From the NCBI GenBank assembly GCA_036559405.1, contig DATBTF010000092.1:1-59552 (forward strand): a DNA stretch of 59,552 bases, written 5' to 3'. The notes below the pieces were generated by a model that ran no database searches, was not told the DNA's origin, and worked only from the letters and a program-made list of their open reading frames with translations. Shown here in pieces: positions 7,840 through 18,420 of this stretch (position 1 is its first letter; each line of letters begins with the position of its first letter). The stretch comes from Bdellovibrionota bacterium (GTDB lineage: Bacteria; Bdellovibrionota; UBA1018; CAIPTA01). The position numbers and the translations under genes were made by a program.

Positions 7840-9711
7840 ATGGCAGCATCTCCCCAAGGTTCTCCGCCTCCCCTGCGCGGGCGCAGCTTCAATTTTTTCA
7901 TGCTCTTCGTGGTTTTATGGACCGCGCTGCTGGTGCGCGACTATATGAACTACCGCGCGAACGTGGAAACCATCCCCTACAGCCGCTTTCTCGCCCTGCT
8001 CGACGAAAAAAGGATAACCGAGGCCGAGGTGTCCGAGACAACTATCCGCGGTACCTTGAAGGAACCAGGGCCTGGAAAATCCGGTTTATTCTTCACGGTA
8101 CGTCTCGAGGATCCCACCCTCCCCCAGCACCTGCGTGAGGCCGGAGTAGGCACCTTCGCCGCGGTGTCGGAAAACAACTTCCTGCGCGACCTGCTTTCCT
8201 GGATCGTGCCCGCCGCTGTGATGGTGGGCCTGTGGTGGCTGCTGCTCTCGCGCATGGGCGGACAGGCCCGCACGGACTTCTTCTCGCTGGGAAAATCCAA
8301 AGCTAGGGTCTACGCCGAGAAAGATCTCACAACCCGCTTCAGCGACGTGGCCGGCGTGGACGAGGCAAAGGAGGAGCTGCGCGAGGTGGTGGAATTCCTG
8401 AAAAACCCATCGGCCTATTCGCGCCTCGGCGGCCGCATGCCGAAAGGAATTTTGCTGGTGGGCCCGCCCGGCACAGGCAAAACTTTGCTGGCGCGTGCTG
8501 TGGCCGGCGAGGCGGGCGTACCGTTCTTTTCCATCAACGGCTCCGAATTCGTGGAGCTCTTCGTGGGCATGGGTGCCGCCCGCGTGCGTGACCTCTTCCA
8601 GCAGGCGCGGGCCCAGGCGCCCTGTATCGTTTTCATCGACGAGCTGGATGCGCTGGGAAGGGCCCGCGGCCTTCACGCGATCACCGGAGGCTCCAATGAC
8701 GAAAAGGAACAAACCCTCAACCAGCTGCTCGCCGAGCTCGACGGCTTCGATCCCTCCTCGGGATTCGTACTGCTCGCCGCCACGAACCGCCCGGAGGTGC
8801 TCGACCCCGCCCTGCTCCGTGCCGGACGTTTCGACCGGCAGATTCTCGTGGACAAGCCCGACCGGCCCGGGCGCCGCCAGATACTTTCCGTACACTTGAA
8901 GCCGGTGCACGTCTCGAGCACCGTGGACCTCGACATGCTGGCCTCACTCACGGCGGGATTTTCGGGAGCCGACCTCGCCCGACTGGCCAACGAGGCGGCA
9001 CTGATCGCCACCCGCCGTAAAGCCGAGCTCGTGGAACCCCAGGATTTCACCGAGGCCATCGAACGCCTCGTGGCTGGGCTGGAACGCAAGACACGCCTTC
9101 TCAGCCCGGAGGAGAGGCAGCGCGTGGCGTTTCACGAGATGGGCCACGCCACTGTTGCCCTAGCTTTGGACAAGGGCGAGGCCGTGCACAAGGTGACGAT
9201 CATTCCCCGGGGATTAGGCTCGCTGGGATATACGTTTCGCCGCCCGATAGAGGACCGTTACCTCGTGAACCGCGCAGAACTTGAGGTCAAGCTGGCGATG
9301 ATCCTCGGGGGGAGAGCCGCCGAGCTGCTCTTCTTCCCCGACATCTCTACGGGCGCCGCTGACGATCTCGACAAGGCCACCGACATCGCGCGCAGCATGA
9401 TCACCCGTTATGGAATGAGCCGTGAGCTAGGCCCCGTGACCTTCGAAAAGGAATCGCAGAGCTTTCTGGGCGCCGGCGCGATGTTCCGGGAAAAGCTCTA
9501 TAGCGAGCAGACCGCGTACAGCATTGACCAGGAGGTGCGCCGGCTGATCGACACCGCCCTGAACGCCGCCGCGCGCTGCCTCCATGAAAATGAGGGCTTC
9601 GTGCGGGATTCAGCCCGCCGCCTGGTCGAACAGGAAACTCTGAACGAGGCGGAACTCAAAGCCCTCTGGGAAAAGCGCGGAAAGGCCCACAGCAGACCTC
9701 GATTGGCCTGA
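7840..9711 (+). CDS. ftsH: ATP-dependent zinc metalloprotease FtsH
   Basis: Two N-terminal TM segments. Walker [19 protein letters not shown]. Walker [10 protein letters not shown]. Zinc motif HEMGHA. GGAGG 4 nt upstream of the ATG. Confidence 0.95.
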   Translation: MAASPQGSPPPLRGRSFNFFMLFVVLWTALLVRDYMNYRANVETIPYSRFLALLDEKRITEAEVSETTIRGTLKEPGPGKSGLFFTVRLEDPTLPQHLREAGVGTFAAVSENNFLRDLLSWIVPAAVMVGLWWLLLSRMGGQARTDFFSLGKSKARVYAEKDLTTRFSDVAGVDEAKEELREVVEFLKNPSAYSRLGGRMPKGILLVGPPGTGKTLLARAVAGEAGVPFFSINGSEFVELFVGMGAARVRDLFQQARAQAPCIVFIDELDALGRARGLHAITGGSNDEKEQTLNQLLAELDGFDPSSGFVLLAATNRPEVLDPALLRAGRFDRQILVDKPDRPGRRQILSVHLKPVHVSSTVDLDMLASLTAGFSGADLARLANEAALIATRRKAELVEPQDFTEAIERLVAGLERKTRLLSPEERQRVAFHEMGHATVALALDKGEAVHKVTIIPRGLGSLGYTFRRPIEDRYLVNRAELEVKLAMILGGRAAELLFFPDISTGAADDLDKATDIARSMITRYGMSRELGPVTFEKESQSFLGAGAMFREKLYSEQTAYSIDQEVRRLIDTALNAAARCLHENEGFVRDSARRLVEQETLNEAELKALWEKRGKAHSRPRLA

Positions 9712-9776
9712 AAAATTTTCAAACCACCACGGTCCTCCGGGAAGAAGCGGGCGGTATATGCTACGATCGCGTCCTG

Positions 9777-11621
9777 ATGCAGTCCCATCGGATCCATCCG
9801 AGCTCACTCCTGGCCTCCTTCCTTATGGAGCGCCTGCCCTGGCGGCTGCTGGTGCTGGGCATCTCACTCCTCGCCACCATCTTCGGGCTGCTCGCCCCCT
9901 ACGCCCAGAAGCGCTTCACCGAAGACCTTCTGGCCGGAGGATCCGGCGCATGGTGGATTGTCTGCGCTTTTCTGTGCCTCATCGCCTACCAGCTGCTCTG
10001 GCAGATCAATGTCTTCCTGTCGACACGCGAGAGCCTGATCTCCCAGAAGGCACTGAGCGACGCCGCCTTCCACCGCCTGCTCGAAGGCCCGGGCGGCCTG
10101 GTGGGCCGCGAGCCGACAGGCGTGGCGGTCTCGCTTTTCGCTGTGGACATTCCCGGGGCCGGAGCGCTTCTTGAACAATCGCTGCTGATGGCCAGCGGAA
10201 TGATCTTCCCGATCGTGCTGGCCCCCGTGGCCCTGCACTCCTTCTTCGGCATCCCCTGGTGGGCGAGCATCGGTGCCGTGGGCTTCCTCGCAGTGGTGAA
10301 CGTACTACTGGCCCGCCGCCAGTCGGGTTACTTCCTGGCTTTCAAACAGTTCGCGGCAGAGCGCACGGGCCTGGTTTCGGAATGGGTGCAGAACATCCGT
10401 ACCCTGCGGATCCTCGGCTGGGTCGAAGCCGCCGAGCAGAGGATCTTCGCCCTCCGCCGCAGGGAGACCGCCAACCGCCGAAAGATGCTGACCAACGGGC
10501 AGATCATGAACTCGATCGCCACCTCTTCGACCTTCAGCCTGAACCTGCTGGCCGTGATGCTCCTGATGCACATCCGCCGTATAGGCGGCCATGACCCGGA
10601 CCCCACGCCGGGTGAGCTGCTTTCCCTCCTGTGGATTCTCGGCATTTTCCTCACACGCCCGTTACGGCAGATGCCCTGGATGCTGGTAATGAGCTTCGAC
10701 GCCCTTTCGAGCCTCCAGCGGCTGCAGCGCGCCCTCAATCTCCCCATAGCGCGCCCCACCCTTTCCGACCATGGTGGCGCGAGCGCCCGGGAAAACGTGC
10801 CCGGGCCCTGGGCGCTGGAAGCGCGGGGCCTCAGCCTCGAAAGCGCAGGCAGGCCGCTTCTCCGCAGCATCGACATTTGTCTGAAAAAAGGCAGCTTGAC
10901 CGCACTTGTGGGCGAAGTGGGCAGTGGAAAATCGCTGCTACTCCAATCGCTGATCGGGGGAACGGGAGCGCGTTTCGACCGCTTCGCGCTGGCCGGCGAG
11001 TCCCTCCAGGGACCGCTTGACTCACGCGCGCGGGGCCGGCTGGCCTTTGTTCCCCAGGAAGGTTTCACGATCAGCGCCACCCTCCGCGAAAACGTGCTTT
11101 TCGACTACCTGGACGGCAAGGGCGTCTCCCCATCCGTGGACAAGGGCGTGAGCGGCTCGCTCACTGTCTGCCAGTTCCATCCCGCCTCCGAACGGGTGCC
11201 GCACGGCCTCGACTCCGAGGTCGGCGAACGAGGCGTGAATCTCTCCGGAGGGCAGCGGCAGCGCATCGGCCTCGCGCGGGCGCATTTCGCCTCCCGGGAG
11301 ATCGTGCTGCTTGACGACTGCCTCAGCGCCGTGGACGTGGACACCGAACGGCTGCTCATCGAAAAGCTGATCTGCGGCGCCTGGAAGGGCGAAACCCTGC
11401 TGCTGGCCACGCACCGCCTGAGCGTGCTCCCACACTGCGACGAAGTGATCTTTCTGAATGAGGGCGCGATCGAAGCGCGAGGGACCTATGAGGAGCTGCT
11501 CACCCGCTCGCCCCTCTTCCGCGAGTTCGTGAGACGCGAGGATCGAACGAAAGAGTCACCCTCCCCGGCCATCGAGCCGCTTCCGGGCAGCGCCGACGAG
11601 GGCGAAGGAGGAACACCATGA
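9777..11621 (+). CDS. ABC exporter, fused permease/ATPase (half-transporter 1)
   Basis: N-terminal 6-TM exporter domain. Walker A GEVGSGKS. Signature LSGGQRQRIGLARA. Walker B IVLLDD. The start could also be the downstream Met (MERLPW). Confidence 0.9.
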   Translation: MQSHRIHPSSLLASFLMERLPWRLLVLGISLLATIFGLLAPYAQKRFTEDLLAGGSGAWWIVCAFLCLIAYQLLWQINVFLSTRESLISQKALSDAAFHRLLEGPGGLVGREPTGVAVSLFAVDIPGAGALLEQSLLMASGMIFPIVLAPVALHSFFGIPWWASIGAVGFLAVVNVLLARRQSGYFLAFKQFAAERTGLVSEWVQNIRTLRILGWVEAAEQRIFALRRRETANRRKMLTNGQIMNSIATSSTFSLNLLAVMLLMHIRRIGGHDPDPTPGELLSLLWILGIFLTRPLRQMPWMLVMSFDALSSLQRLQRALNLPIARPTLSDHGGASARENVPGPWALEARGLSLESAGRPLLRSIDICLKKGSLTALVGEVGSGKSLLLQSLIGGTGARFDRFALAGESLQGPLDSRARGRLAFVPQEGFTISATLRENVLFDYLDGKGVSPSVDKGVSGSLTVCQFHPASERVPHGLDSEVGERGVNLSGGQRQRIGLARAHFASREIVLLDDCLSAVDVDTERLLIEKLICGAWKGETLLLATHRLSVLPHCDEVIFLNEGAIEARGTYEELLTRSPLFREFVRREDRTKESPSPAIEPLPGSADEGEGGTP

Positions 11622-13537
11622 GCCGGAAGTTCCTCGCCGAAGAGACCCGCTTTCAGGGGCGTTACGCCCATACCCTCCGCGACACCATCCGTCAGGCTTA
11701 CAGTCCGGTGATGGTCCGCATGCTCTTTGTGCTCCTCACCGGCCTGCTCGGACGCATCGTGCTCCTGGGCAACGCCAACCTGGTGGGCTACTGGGTCGAC
11801 TCCCTTTGCAAGGCTCCCACGGGCTGCCATTCCCCGCCCGCGCTCTTCCGCGGCTACGGCTCCCGCGACTTCCTATTCATCCTCGTGGTGGCCAACGTGC
11901 TCGGCTTCGCCCTCACCCTTTTCTTCCGCTCAGAGCTGGCCCGGCTTTCGGCGGAGGCGGTCAGCCGAATTTACGACGAAACCACCTTCCGCACCTCGCG
12001 CCTGCCGATGAGCTTCTTCGACCGCAACCCTTCGGGCCGGGTGATGACCCGTTTCACCAGCGATTACAACTCCATCTTCCGAATCTTCGGAGGCCCGATC
12101 GCGGAGTTCGTGAGCATCACCTTTGATTTGGTGGCCATGACCTTCCTGATCACGCTGGCGAGTCCCTGGCTCCTGCCATTTTGGGCTTTGCAGGGCATGC
12201 TCAACTTTGCCGTCTATCGCTTCTATCTTCCGTCCCTGAGACGGGAAAGGCGGGAACTCTCCCTGCGCCGCTCTCCCGCCATCGCCCACTTCGCGGAGAG
12301 CGCGGCGGGGGCAAACACGATCCGCGCCTTCGAGCGCGAACCCGTTTTCGAAGGGCGTTTTTCCCGGCTGAACGACGCCTTCCTCGAGCAGCGGCGCTCC
12401 ACGGTTGGCCTGTTTTCCCGCTTCTCTTTCGCGATGGGCTCGTGCACAGCCGTGACCTTCCTGGTCACCGGGCTGGCCAGCGCCTTCCTGATCTCACACG
12501 GCTGGATGGGCATCGGAGCAGTGGGCGTGGCCTTCGCCTACCTCGCCCTCTCCACCAACGCTGTACAGAGCTTCTTCGACTGGCTCGGACAGTTCGAGGA
12601 TGCGATGACGGGCATGGAACGGATGAACGAGTACCTGCGCCTTCCGCTCGAACCGGGAGCCAAGCTGCCCGCGTCGGCCCGCTTTGAAACAGGCCAGCCC
12701 AAAGAAAAGCCCGAAAAATCCAAGGCCCCCTTGCTCGGCGTGAGCGCGAAATCCGGAGCCACCGTGGAGATCCGGGACCTCTGGCTGCGTTACCGCGATG
12801 ACTTGCCCCCTGTGCTCCAAGGTGTTTCCGTTAACATCGTGGCGGGCGAGCGCGTGGCGGTGGTGGGAAAAACAGGAAGTGGGAAGACAAGCCTGGTGCA
12901 GGCCCTCTTCCGCCTCTATCCCTTGGAAAACGGAACCATCAAGGTGGGCGGCTTTGAGGCGGAGGTGGGCATGGATCTCCAGCCGAAGCATCCTTTCGTG
13001 GACCTCGTCTCCTATCGCTCGCTCCTCGCCTACATCACGCAAGAGCCCGCGCTCTTTCTTGGCAGCTTGCGGGAAAACCTCATGGCACCGGGAGCGGGTG
13101 GGAAAATCCCTGTGCGCGGAGCCTTCGTGCATACCGACGAAGAGCTGATCGAGGCGCTGAGACGTGTGCAATTCCTGCGCGACGATTCCACCGATGATGA
13201 GTACCGCTACTGGCTAGGATTCCGGGTGGAAGAGCGCGGCCGTAATTTGTCGGCGGGTGAGCGTCAGCTGATCTGCATGGCCCGCTGCCTTCTCCAGAAC
13301 GCCCCGGTAGTGATCCTCGACGAGGCCACCTCCGCGGTGGATCCCCGGTCCGAGGAGATCCTCACCCGTGCCACGGAAGAATTTTTTGCGGGAAAAACGC
13401 AGATCCTGATCGCCCACCGCCTGTCCACAGTGCGTTCCTGCGACCGCGTGATCTGGCTGCAGGAAGGGCGCGTACACCGGATCGGCAAGCCCGAAGAAGT
13501 GCTGCCGGAATTCGAGCACAGCGAGCTGAGAGTGTAG
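11618..13537 (+). CDS. ABC exporter, fused permease/ATPase (half-transporter 2)
   Basis: Walker A GKTGSGKTS. Signature LSAGERQLICMARC. Walker B VVILDEATS. The ATG overlaps the upstream stop (ATGA at 11618-11621), which implies a heterodimer partner. Confidence 0.9.
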   Translation: MSRKFLAEETRFQGRYAHTLRDTIRQAYSPVMVRMLFVLLTGLLGRIVLLGNANLVGYWVDSLCKAPTGCHSPPALFRGYGSRDFLFILVVANVLGFALTLFFRSELARLSAEAVSRIYDETTFRTSRLPMSFFDRNPSGRVMTRFTSDYNSIFRIFGGPIAEFVSITFDLVAMTFLITLASPWLLPFWALQGMLNFAVYRFYLPSLRRERRELSLRRSPAIAHFAESAAGANTIRAFEREPVFEGRFSRLNDAFLEQRRSTVGLFSRFSFAMGSCTAVTFLVTGLASAFLISHGWMGIGAVGVAFAYLALSTNAVQSFFDWLGQFEDAMTGMERMNEYLRLPLEPGAKLPASARFETGQPKEKPEKSKAPLLGVSAKSGATVEIRDLWLRYRDDLPPVLQGVSVNIVAGERVAVVGKTGSGKTSLVQALFRLYPLENGTIKVGGFEAEVGMDLQPKHPFVDLVSYRSLLAYITQEPALFLGSLRENLMAPGAGGKIPVRGAFVHTDEELIEALRRVQFLRDDSTDDEYRYWLGFRVEERGRNLSAGERQLICMARCLLQNAPVVILDEATSAVDPRSEEILTRATEEFFAGKTQILIAHRLSTVRSCDRVIWLQEGRVHRIGKPEEVLPEFEHSELRV

Positions 13538-13541
13538 TCGC

Positions 13542-13646
13542 CTTGACACTTCCGCTTTCGTTGCCATCTTGACTCAGTCCCGCGCAAGCGAACTATTTCT
13601 GTTCAGCATTCTCCATTCTTGACGTGAGCTTTTCCGCGCTCATCTT
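13542..13646 (+). promoter_or_regulatory. Two tandem heat-shock (sigma32)-like promoter candidates upstream of lon
   Basis: CTTGAC-N17-CATCTT occurs twice with identical spacing (13542-13570 and 13618-13646). This resembles CTTGAA-N-CCCCATNT. Motif-level evidence only. Confidence 0.3.
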
Positions 13647-13652
13647 TCTTTT

Positions 13653-16067
13653 ATGAGCACACCTGCATTCACTCTTTATCCTGTTCTTCCACTCCGCGGG
13701 GCCGTGGTTTTCCCAGGCATGACCCTCCCTCTTCGTGTGGGACGGCCCGCAAGCATGGCCGCCCTTCAGGCGGCAAAAGACCGCCCCTGGGCCCTGGTGC
13801 TGGCGCAAAAAAGTGAAATTCCGGGCGATGGAGAGCCGTCGCCCGACGATCTCTACAAAGTGGGTACGCTCGTGAAGATCGAAAAAGTGCTTGGCAACGA
13901 GAAGAGCGGCTTCCAGGTGCTCGCCCGCGGGGTCGCGCGCTTCCGCGTGCGCCATCTCCACAAGATCAGCGGGAAGGAAGGCGTCTATATTGAAGCAGAG
14001 GGCGAAGCCTGGGCCGACGAACACGACGTCGACGAGAAAACCAAGCAGGCGCTCCTCGAGAGCCTCAAGACAGCGGCCAAGGACATCCTCCAGCTGGTGC
14101 CCGCCGATACTGAGCAGTTTGTGGAGCTTCTGGAAAGCATCAACGATCTCGAGCTGCTCACCAACCTCTGTGCCGGAAATATCGACATCCCCCATCCGCA
14201 GAAACAGGAGCTGCTCGAAACCCCTTCGGTGAAGACGCGGGTGCTGAAGCTGCTCGACCTGATGGTGGCGCAAAAGGAGAATCTCGAGGTGCAGAGCCAG
14301 ATCCGCGAGAAGCTCACCCACAAGCTGGGCAAGAACCAGCGCGAAAGCATTCTCCGCGAGCAGCTGCGCCAGATCCGTGAGGAGCTAGGCGAAGGCGATG
14401 AAACGGATTCCGGCGACGACTACCGCAAGAAGATTGCCGACGCGGAAATGCCTGAAGAGGCGCGCAAGGTGGCCCTGGAAGAGCTCAAACGCCTGGAGGC
14501 GATTGGCAAGGCGTCTCCCGAAAGCCATGTGATCCGCAACTACCTCGATCTTCTCTGCGCCCTGCCCTGGAGCAAGAGCGCGAAAACGGAAATCAACCTC
14601 GAGGCGGCCCGCAAAACTCTCGACGACGACCACTATGGCCTCGACAAGATCAAAAAACGCATCCTGCAGCACCTGGCCGTGATGAAGCTCCGCAAGGAAG
14701 TGGGGCGCGGCACCATCCTTCTCTTTGTGGGCCCTCCGGGCGTCGGGAAAACCTCGCTTGGCCAGAGCATCGCGAAAGCTCTGGGCCGCAAGTTCGCACG
14801 CGCTTCGCTGGGCGGAGTGCGCGACGACGCGGAGATCAGGGGCCACCGCCGTACTTATATAGGCGCCATGCCCGGCCGGATCATCCAGTCCATCAAACGC
14901 GCCGGCGAGAACAATCCCGTGCTCATGTTAGATGAGATCGATAAGCTCGGCGCCTCGTTCCAGGGCGACCCGGCGGCCGCCCTGCTCGAGGTGCTTGATC
15001 CGGAGCAGAACTCCAACTTTCTCGACCACTATCTCGACGTGCCCTTTGATCTGTCGAAGGTGGTGTTCATCGCCACGGCGAACACTTTGGATACGATCCC
15101 CGGTCCTCTGAGAGACCGCATGGAGGTGATCGAGCTTTCCGGCTATACCACAGCCGAGAAGCTGCACATCGCCCAAAGGCATCTCGTTCCCAAACAACTT
15201 ACGGAGCATGGACTCGAGTCCAGCCAGCTGCAGATTTCCGACGAAGCCCTTCTCCACGTGATCACCCACTACACCCGGGAAGCCGGAGTGCGGGAACTCC
15301 AGAGAAAGATCGCCGAAATCTGCCGCGGCAGCACCGAAAAGGTGATCGCAAGCGGACCGGGCCTGGTGGTGCGCGTGGAGGTGAAGGACCTCGAAGATCT
15401 GCTAGGTGCCGAGCGCTACGAGCATGAGGTAGCCGAGCGGATCGTGCCCCCGGGCGTGGTCACGGGCCTCGCCTGGACTCCCGTGGGCGGCGACATCCTC
15501 TTCGTGGAAGCCGAACTCATGCCGGGAGCGGGCCACCTCACGATCACCGGCCAGTTGGGTGAGGTGATGAAGGAAAGCGCGCAGATCGCTCTCAGCCTCG
15601 TGCGTTCGCGGCAAGGTTCCTTCTTGCCCGACTTCGACTTCGCGAAAAACGATCTCCACCTGCACGTGCCCGCGGGAGCCATTCCCAAAGACGGGCCCTC
15701 GGCCGGCGTGACCATGCTCACGGCCATCGCCTCGCTCTTCTCCGGAAGACGGGTGAATCCCAAACTCGCGATGACGGGCGAAATCACATTGAGGGGCGCG
15801 GTGCTGCCTGTGGGAGGGATCAAGGAGAAGGTGATTGCAGCGCACCGTGCCGGGATCGAGAAGGTGCTGCTGCCCAAGCGCAACGAGAAAGACCTGCGCG
15901 ACGTGCCCGAAGAGGTGCGCAATCAACTGAAATTCGAGTTCATGGAGACCGCCACTGATGTGCTCAAGGCGGCGCTTGGCCTCAACTTCGCGCCGAGCCG
16001 GGTTTCCACGGACACGAACGAGCCCGCTGCCGGGACCGACAATCCGGCCTCGGCGGCGAGCGCGTAA
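13653..16067 (+). CDS. lon: ATP-dependent Lon protease (LonA)
   Basis: N-terminal [26 protein letters not shown]+ Walker [12 protein letters not shown]. Walker B LMLDEIDK. Proteolytic Ser block [11 protein letters not shown]. Confidence 0.95.
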   Translation: MSTPAFTLYPVLPLRGAVVFPGMTLPLRVGRPASMAALQAAKDRPWALVLAQKSEIPGDGEPSPDDLYKVGTLVKIEKVLGNEKSGFQVLARGVARFRVRHLHKISGKEGVYIEAEGEAWADEHDVDEKTKQALLESLKTAAKDILQLVPADTEQFVELLESINDLELLTNLCAGNIDIPHPQKQELLETPSVKTRVLKLLDLMVAQKENLEVQSQIREKLTHKLGKNQRESILREQLRQIREELGEGDETDSGDDYRKKIADAEMPEEARKVALEELKRLEAIGKASPESHVIRNYLDLLCALPWSKSAKTEINLEAARKTLDDDHYGLDKIKKRILQHLAVMKLRKEVGRGTILLFVGPPGVGKTSLGQSIAKALGRKFARASLGGVRDDAEIRGHRRTYIGAMPGRIIQSIKRAGENNPVLMLDEIDKLGASFQGDPAAALLEVLDPEQNSNFLDHYLDVPFDLSKVVFIATANTLDTIPGPLRDRMEVIELSGYTTAEKLHIAQRHLVPKQLTEHGLESSQLQISDEALLHVITHYTREAGVRELQRKIAEICRGSTEKVIASGPGLVVRVEVKDLEDLLGAERYEHEVAERIVPPGVVTGLAWTPVGGDILFVEAELMPGAGHLTITGQLGEVMKESAQIALSLVRSRQGSFLPDFDFAKNDLHLHVPAGAIPKDGPSAGVTMLTAIASLFSGRRVNPKLAMTGEITLRGAVLPVGGIKEKVIAAHRAGIEKVLLPKRNEKDLRDVPEEVRNQLKFEFMETATDVLKAALGLNFAPSRVSTDTNEPAAGTDNPASAASA

Positions 16068-16223
16068 AGCTGCCGGACAACGGCTACTGCGCGAAGCTCG
16101 ACCGCGGGAACTGAACCGTTCTTACCTGTCAGCGTTTAAGCCGCCCGCTCTTCTAAATTCCTCCCCAAAGTTGACGATAAATATGCACAGCTTTCTGTTC
16201 ACCTTACCTTTGGGGAGACCAAA

Positions 16224-17198
16224 ATGTTCAAGGCTACCGCACTGCTCGCCGCCCTTTTCGCCCTTTCCCTTCCGTCCTTTGCCGATGACTCCACCGAAGC
16301 CGGCGAATCACTGGACCTCGACTCCGAGGGCGGAGCCTGGATCAACGACACCTCTTACGTGGAAGGCACCACCGGAAAACCCGCTGATCTGCATGCTGAG
16401 GTGGTGAAAGCGATGGAAGGCCCCGAAGGCTCGACCATTCTCTACCTGCGCCCCACGGAAGCCCGCAAAACCGTGGGCGGCGAGGAGACGAAAGTTTCGC
16501 TTACCGCCGAACCCCGCGCGATGGTTGTGAGAGACGACTGGAAGATGTTCGATGCCGAGCACCAGCCCACGAGCGATCCGCAGTTCGCGTCCAGCGTGAT
16601 CATCCCCTATCCCATGGAAAGCGCCGACGCCGCCATGTTCGAGGTGGTGTGGAACGAGTGTGAGGGTGCCATTCAGGGCAACTATGTCGGCACCAAATGC
16701 CGCTCGAAGGAGTTCCTCGCCGACGACTATATGGCCTTTATGAAGAAAAACTACCTCAACTGCGTGAACGCCGGCATGGCGAATGCCGGACTCGCTCCGG
16801 CCGTGAAGATTCACATCATGCACGACGGCACCGCTGGCGACATGAGCCACAAGCGCACTCCCAGCCTCCACAACGCGGGCCGCGCCATCGACCTGCAGAC
16901 GCTCACCACCACCGACAAAGACGGCAAGAAAAACGTATTCAACTTCCGTAGCACCAGTCCCAGCCATGCGCTCTCAAGCCGCTGCACTCCGGCCGCCACT
17001 CCTACCTGCAAGGTTTTCGAAGGCTTCCGCTCCTGCTGGCACAAACTGCATGTCGCGAGAAAATGCCCGCCCCGCGCCAAAGGCGCACCCATTGGTACTC
17101 TTGGCTGGGAAGACAAAAAACACGTCGCTCACCATCTGCATACCTCGATGCCCTTCTGCCCGAGCCGCCAGGGACACTATATTACCCAAACCAAGTAA
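16224..17198 (+). CDS. Secreted protein with LAS-type (peptidase M15/Hedgehog-like) zinc-site motifs
   Basis: Signal peptide MFKATALLAALFALSLPSFA. SLHNAGRAIDL matches the SxHxxGxAxD / Hx6D zinc motif of LAS peptidases. A downstream HHLH matches the HxH motif. SD GGGGAG upstream. Function inferred from short motifs only. Confidence 0.55.
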   Translation: MFKATALLAALFALSLPSFADDSTEAGESLDLDSEGGAWINDTSYVEGTTGKPADLHAEVVKAMEGPEGSTILYLRPTEARKTVGGEETKVSLTAEPRAMVVRDDWKMFDAEHQPTSDPQFASSVIIPYPMESADAAMFEVVWNECEGAIQGNYVGTKCRSKEFLADDYMAFMKKNYLNCVNAGMANAGLAPAVKIHIMHDGTAGDMSHKRTPSLHNAGRAIDLQTLTTTDKDGKKNVFNFRSTSPSHALSSRCTPAATPTCKVFEGFRSCWHKLHVARKCPPRAKGAPIGTLGWEDKKHVAHHLHTSMPFCPSRQGHYITQTK

Positions 17199-17207
17199 GG
17201 AAGGCCC

Positions 17208-18386
17208 ATGAAACTCCTCCTCCTGATCGCAGCGCTCTTACCCAGCAGCGCATTCGCACGGATGTCGGAAGCCTGCTTCACTCCCGAAGAGGTACGGAAG
17301 ATGGCCGAAGTGCGGTCAGATTTCTCCCTAGCTGCCGCCAAATGCCTCAAGTCGTATGCGGGAACCCACGCGAGTTTCTATAAGGAGAACGGCTACTCGA
17401 AATACTTCGGCAACAGAAACAAGGCGATCGACACCCAGGAGAAGCGCAAGAAGATCATCCTTCTCGCCGTGCGGCCGCGCCTTCCGAAGATGCTGCAAGA
17501 TGACGAGATCGAATACATCGGCAACGACTACCCCACGCTGGCCGATCTCGAAAACTACCTCCGCACCGAGAAACCCAAGCGCTACAAGGAATACCTCGGC
17601 ATGGTGACCACGGTGAAGCTCGACGAGCGTGCCCGCGACGAGATGCAGGACCTTCCCGACCTTGCGGATTCCGTGAACGTGCTCCGCCCGAACCTAGGAC
17701 CCAAGCTGCAGAACATCAGCTGCGTGGACATGGCCCGCCGCTGTCTCAGCGAAGGATTCAAACAAGTAGGAATGGAAGACACCTGGCGCAAGATCGACCG
17801 CGAGGTGCGCGCCCGCGACCTCGACGGAACCTACCTGCAGAAAGCGCTGGCCGATCTCGGCTGGAAGACGCTTTACTGGAACCCCGACACTTCGAAAAAC
17901 GCTGAGTGGGACACCGAAGAGCAGCAGCATCCGCCCGAAGAGGGAAAAACCTGGAACCCGGTCTGGGGCGGACACGCCCAGCGCTGGGCTATGGTACGCG
18001 ACCGCGGCTACTACTCCGTGGGCACCAAGTTTCCGATCTATATCGACGACAAGCAGACCCTGGTGGACTTCGGCAGCAACACGCCCCGCTCCTTCCAGGC
18101 GGCCGCCTTCTTCTTGGGAACGGCGCATTCCGGCTACCACGTTTTCCCCGGTTTCTACGGCCGCGTGATCGAGGCGCACAGCATGCGGGCGCTTACGGCG
18201 AAAGAAAATATCGAGGTCAGCGAGTTTGATCCGATCAACGGGCTCAAGGGCGGCGGCCCGCGCTGGACGAATTTCGAACACTACCGCTCCGGCGTGATCG
18301 TGGTGCCTCCTGGCGCCATGGGCGATCGTCCCTTCGCTCCCGCCGTTATCGACAGCCAGGGCTGCGTGGACCTGAGGCCGCACTAG
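17208..18386 (+). CDS. Secreted hypothetical protein, possible papain-fold peptidoglycan amidase
   Basis: Signal peptide MKLLLLIAALLPSSAFA. Cys block NISCVDMARRCLSEGFKQVG and His block GTAHSGYHVFPGFYG resemble the Cys/His arrangement of Tae4/NlpC-P60-like amidases. Starts 9 nt after the previous gene, with an AAGGAAGG SD. The coding call is solid; the function is tentative. Confidence 0.5.
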   Translation: MKLLLLIAALLPSSAFARMSEACFTPEEVRKMAEVRSDFSLAAAKCLKSYAGTHASFYKENGYSKYFGNRNKAIDTQEKRKKIILLAVRPRLPKMLQDDEIEYIGNDYPTLADLENYLRTEKPKRYKEYLGMVTTVKLDERARDEMQDLPDLADSVNVLRPNLGPKLQNISCVDMARRCLSEGFKQVGMEDTWRKIDREVRARDLDGTYLQKALADLGWKTLYWNPDTSKNAEWDTEEQQHPPEEGKTWNPVWGGHAQRWAMVRDRGYYSVGTKFPIYIDDKQTLVDFGSNTPRSFQAAAFFLGTAHSGYHVFPGFYGRVIEAHSMRALTAKENIEVSEFDPINGLKGGGPRWTNFEHYRSGVIVVPPGAMGDRPFAPAVIDSQGCVDLRPH

Positions 18387-18420
18387 ATAAGGAGCGCCTC
18401 AATCCGGCGCGACAAAATAA

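Noticed and set aside
7738-7857. N-terminal 40-codon extension of the J-protein ORF (ORF-track start 7857)
   Set aside because: The extension overlaps the ftsH start and SD and precedes the J domain with non-conserved Arg/Cys-rich sequence. The ATG at 7737 starts 2 aa before the J domain.
8086-11080. Several 130-270-aa ORFs antisense to ftsH and the ABC exporter (for example 8086-8910 and 10328-11080)
   Set aside because: Shadow ORFs. The sense-strand genes have complete Walker, signature and zinc motifs.
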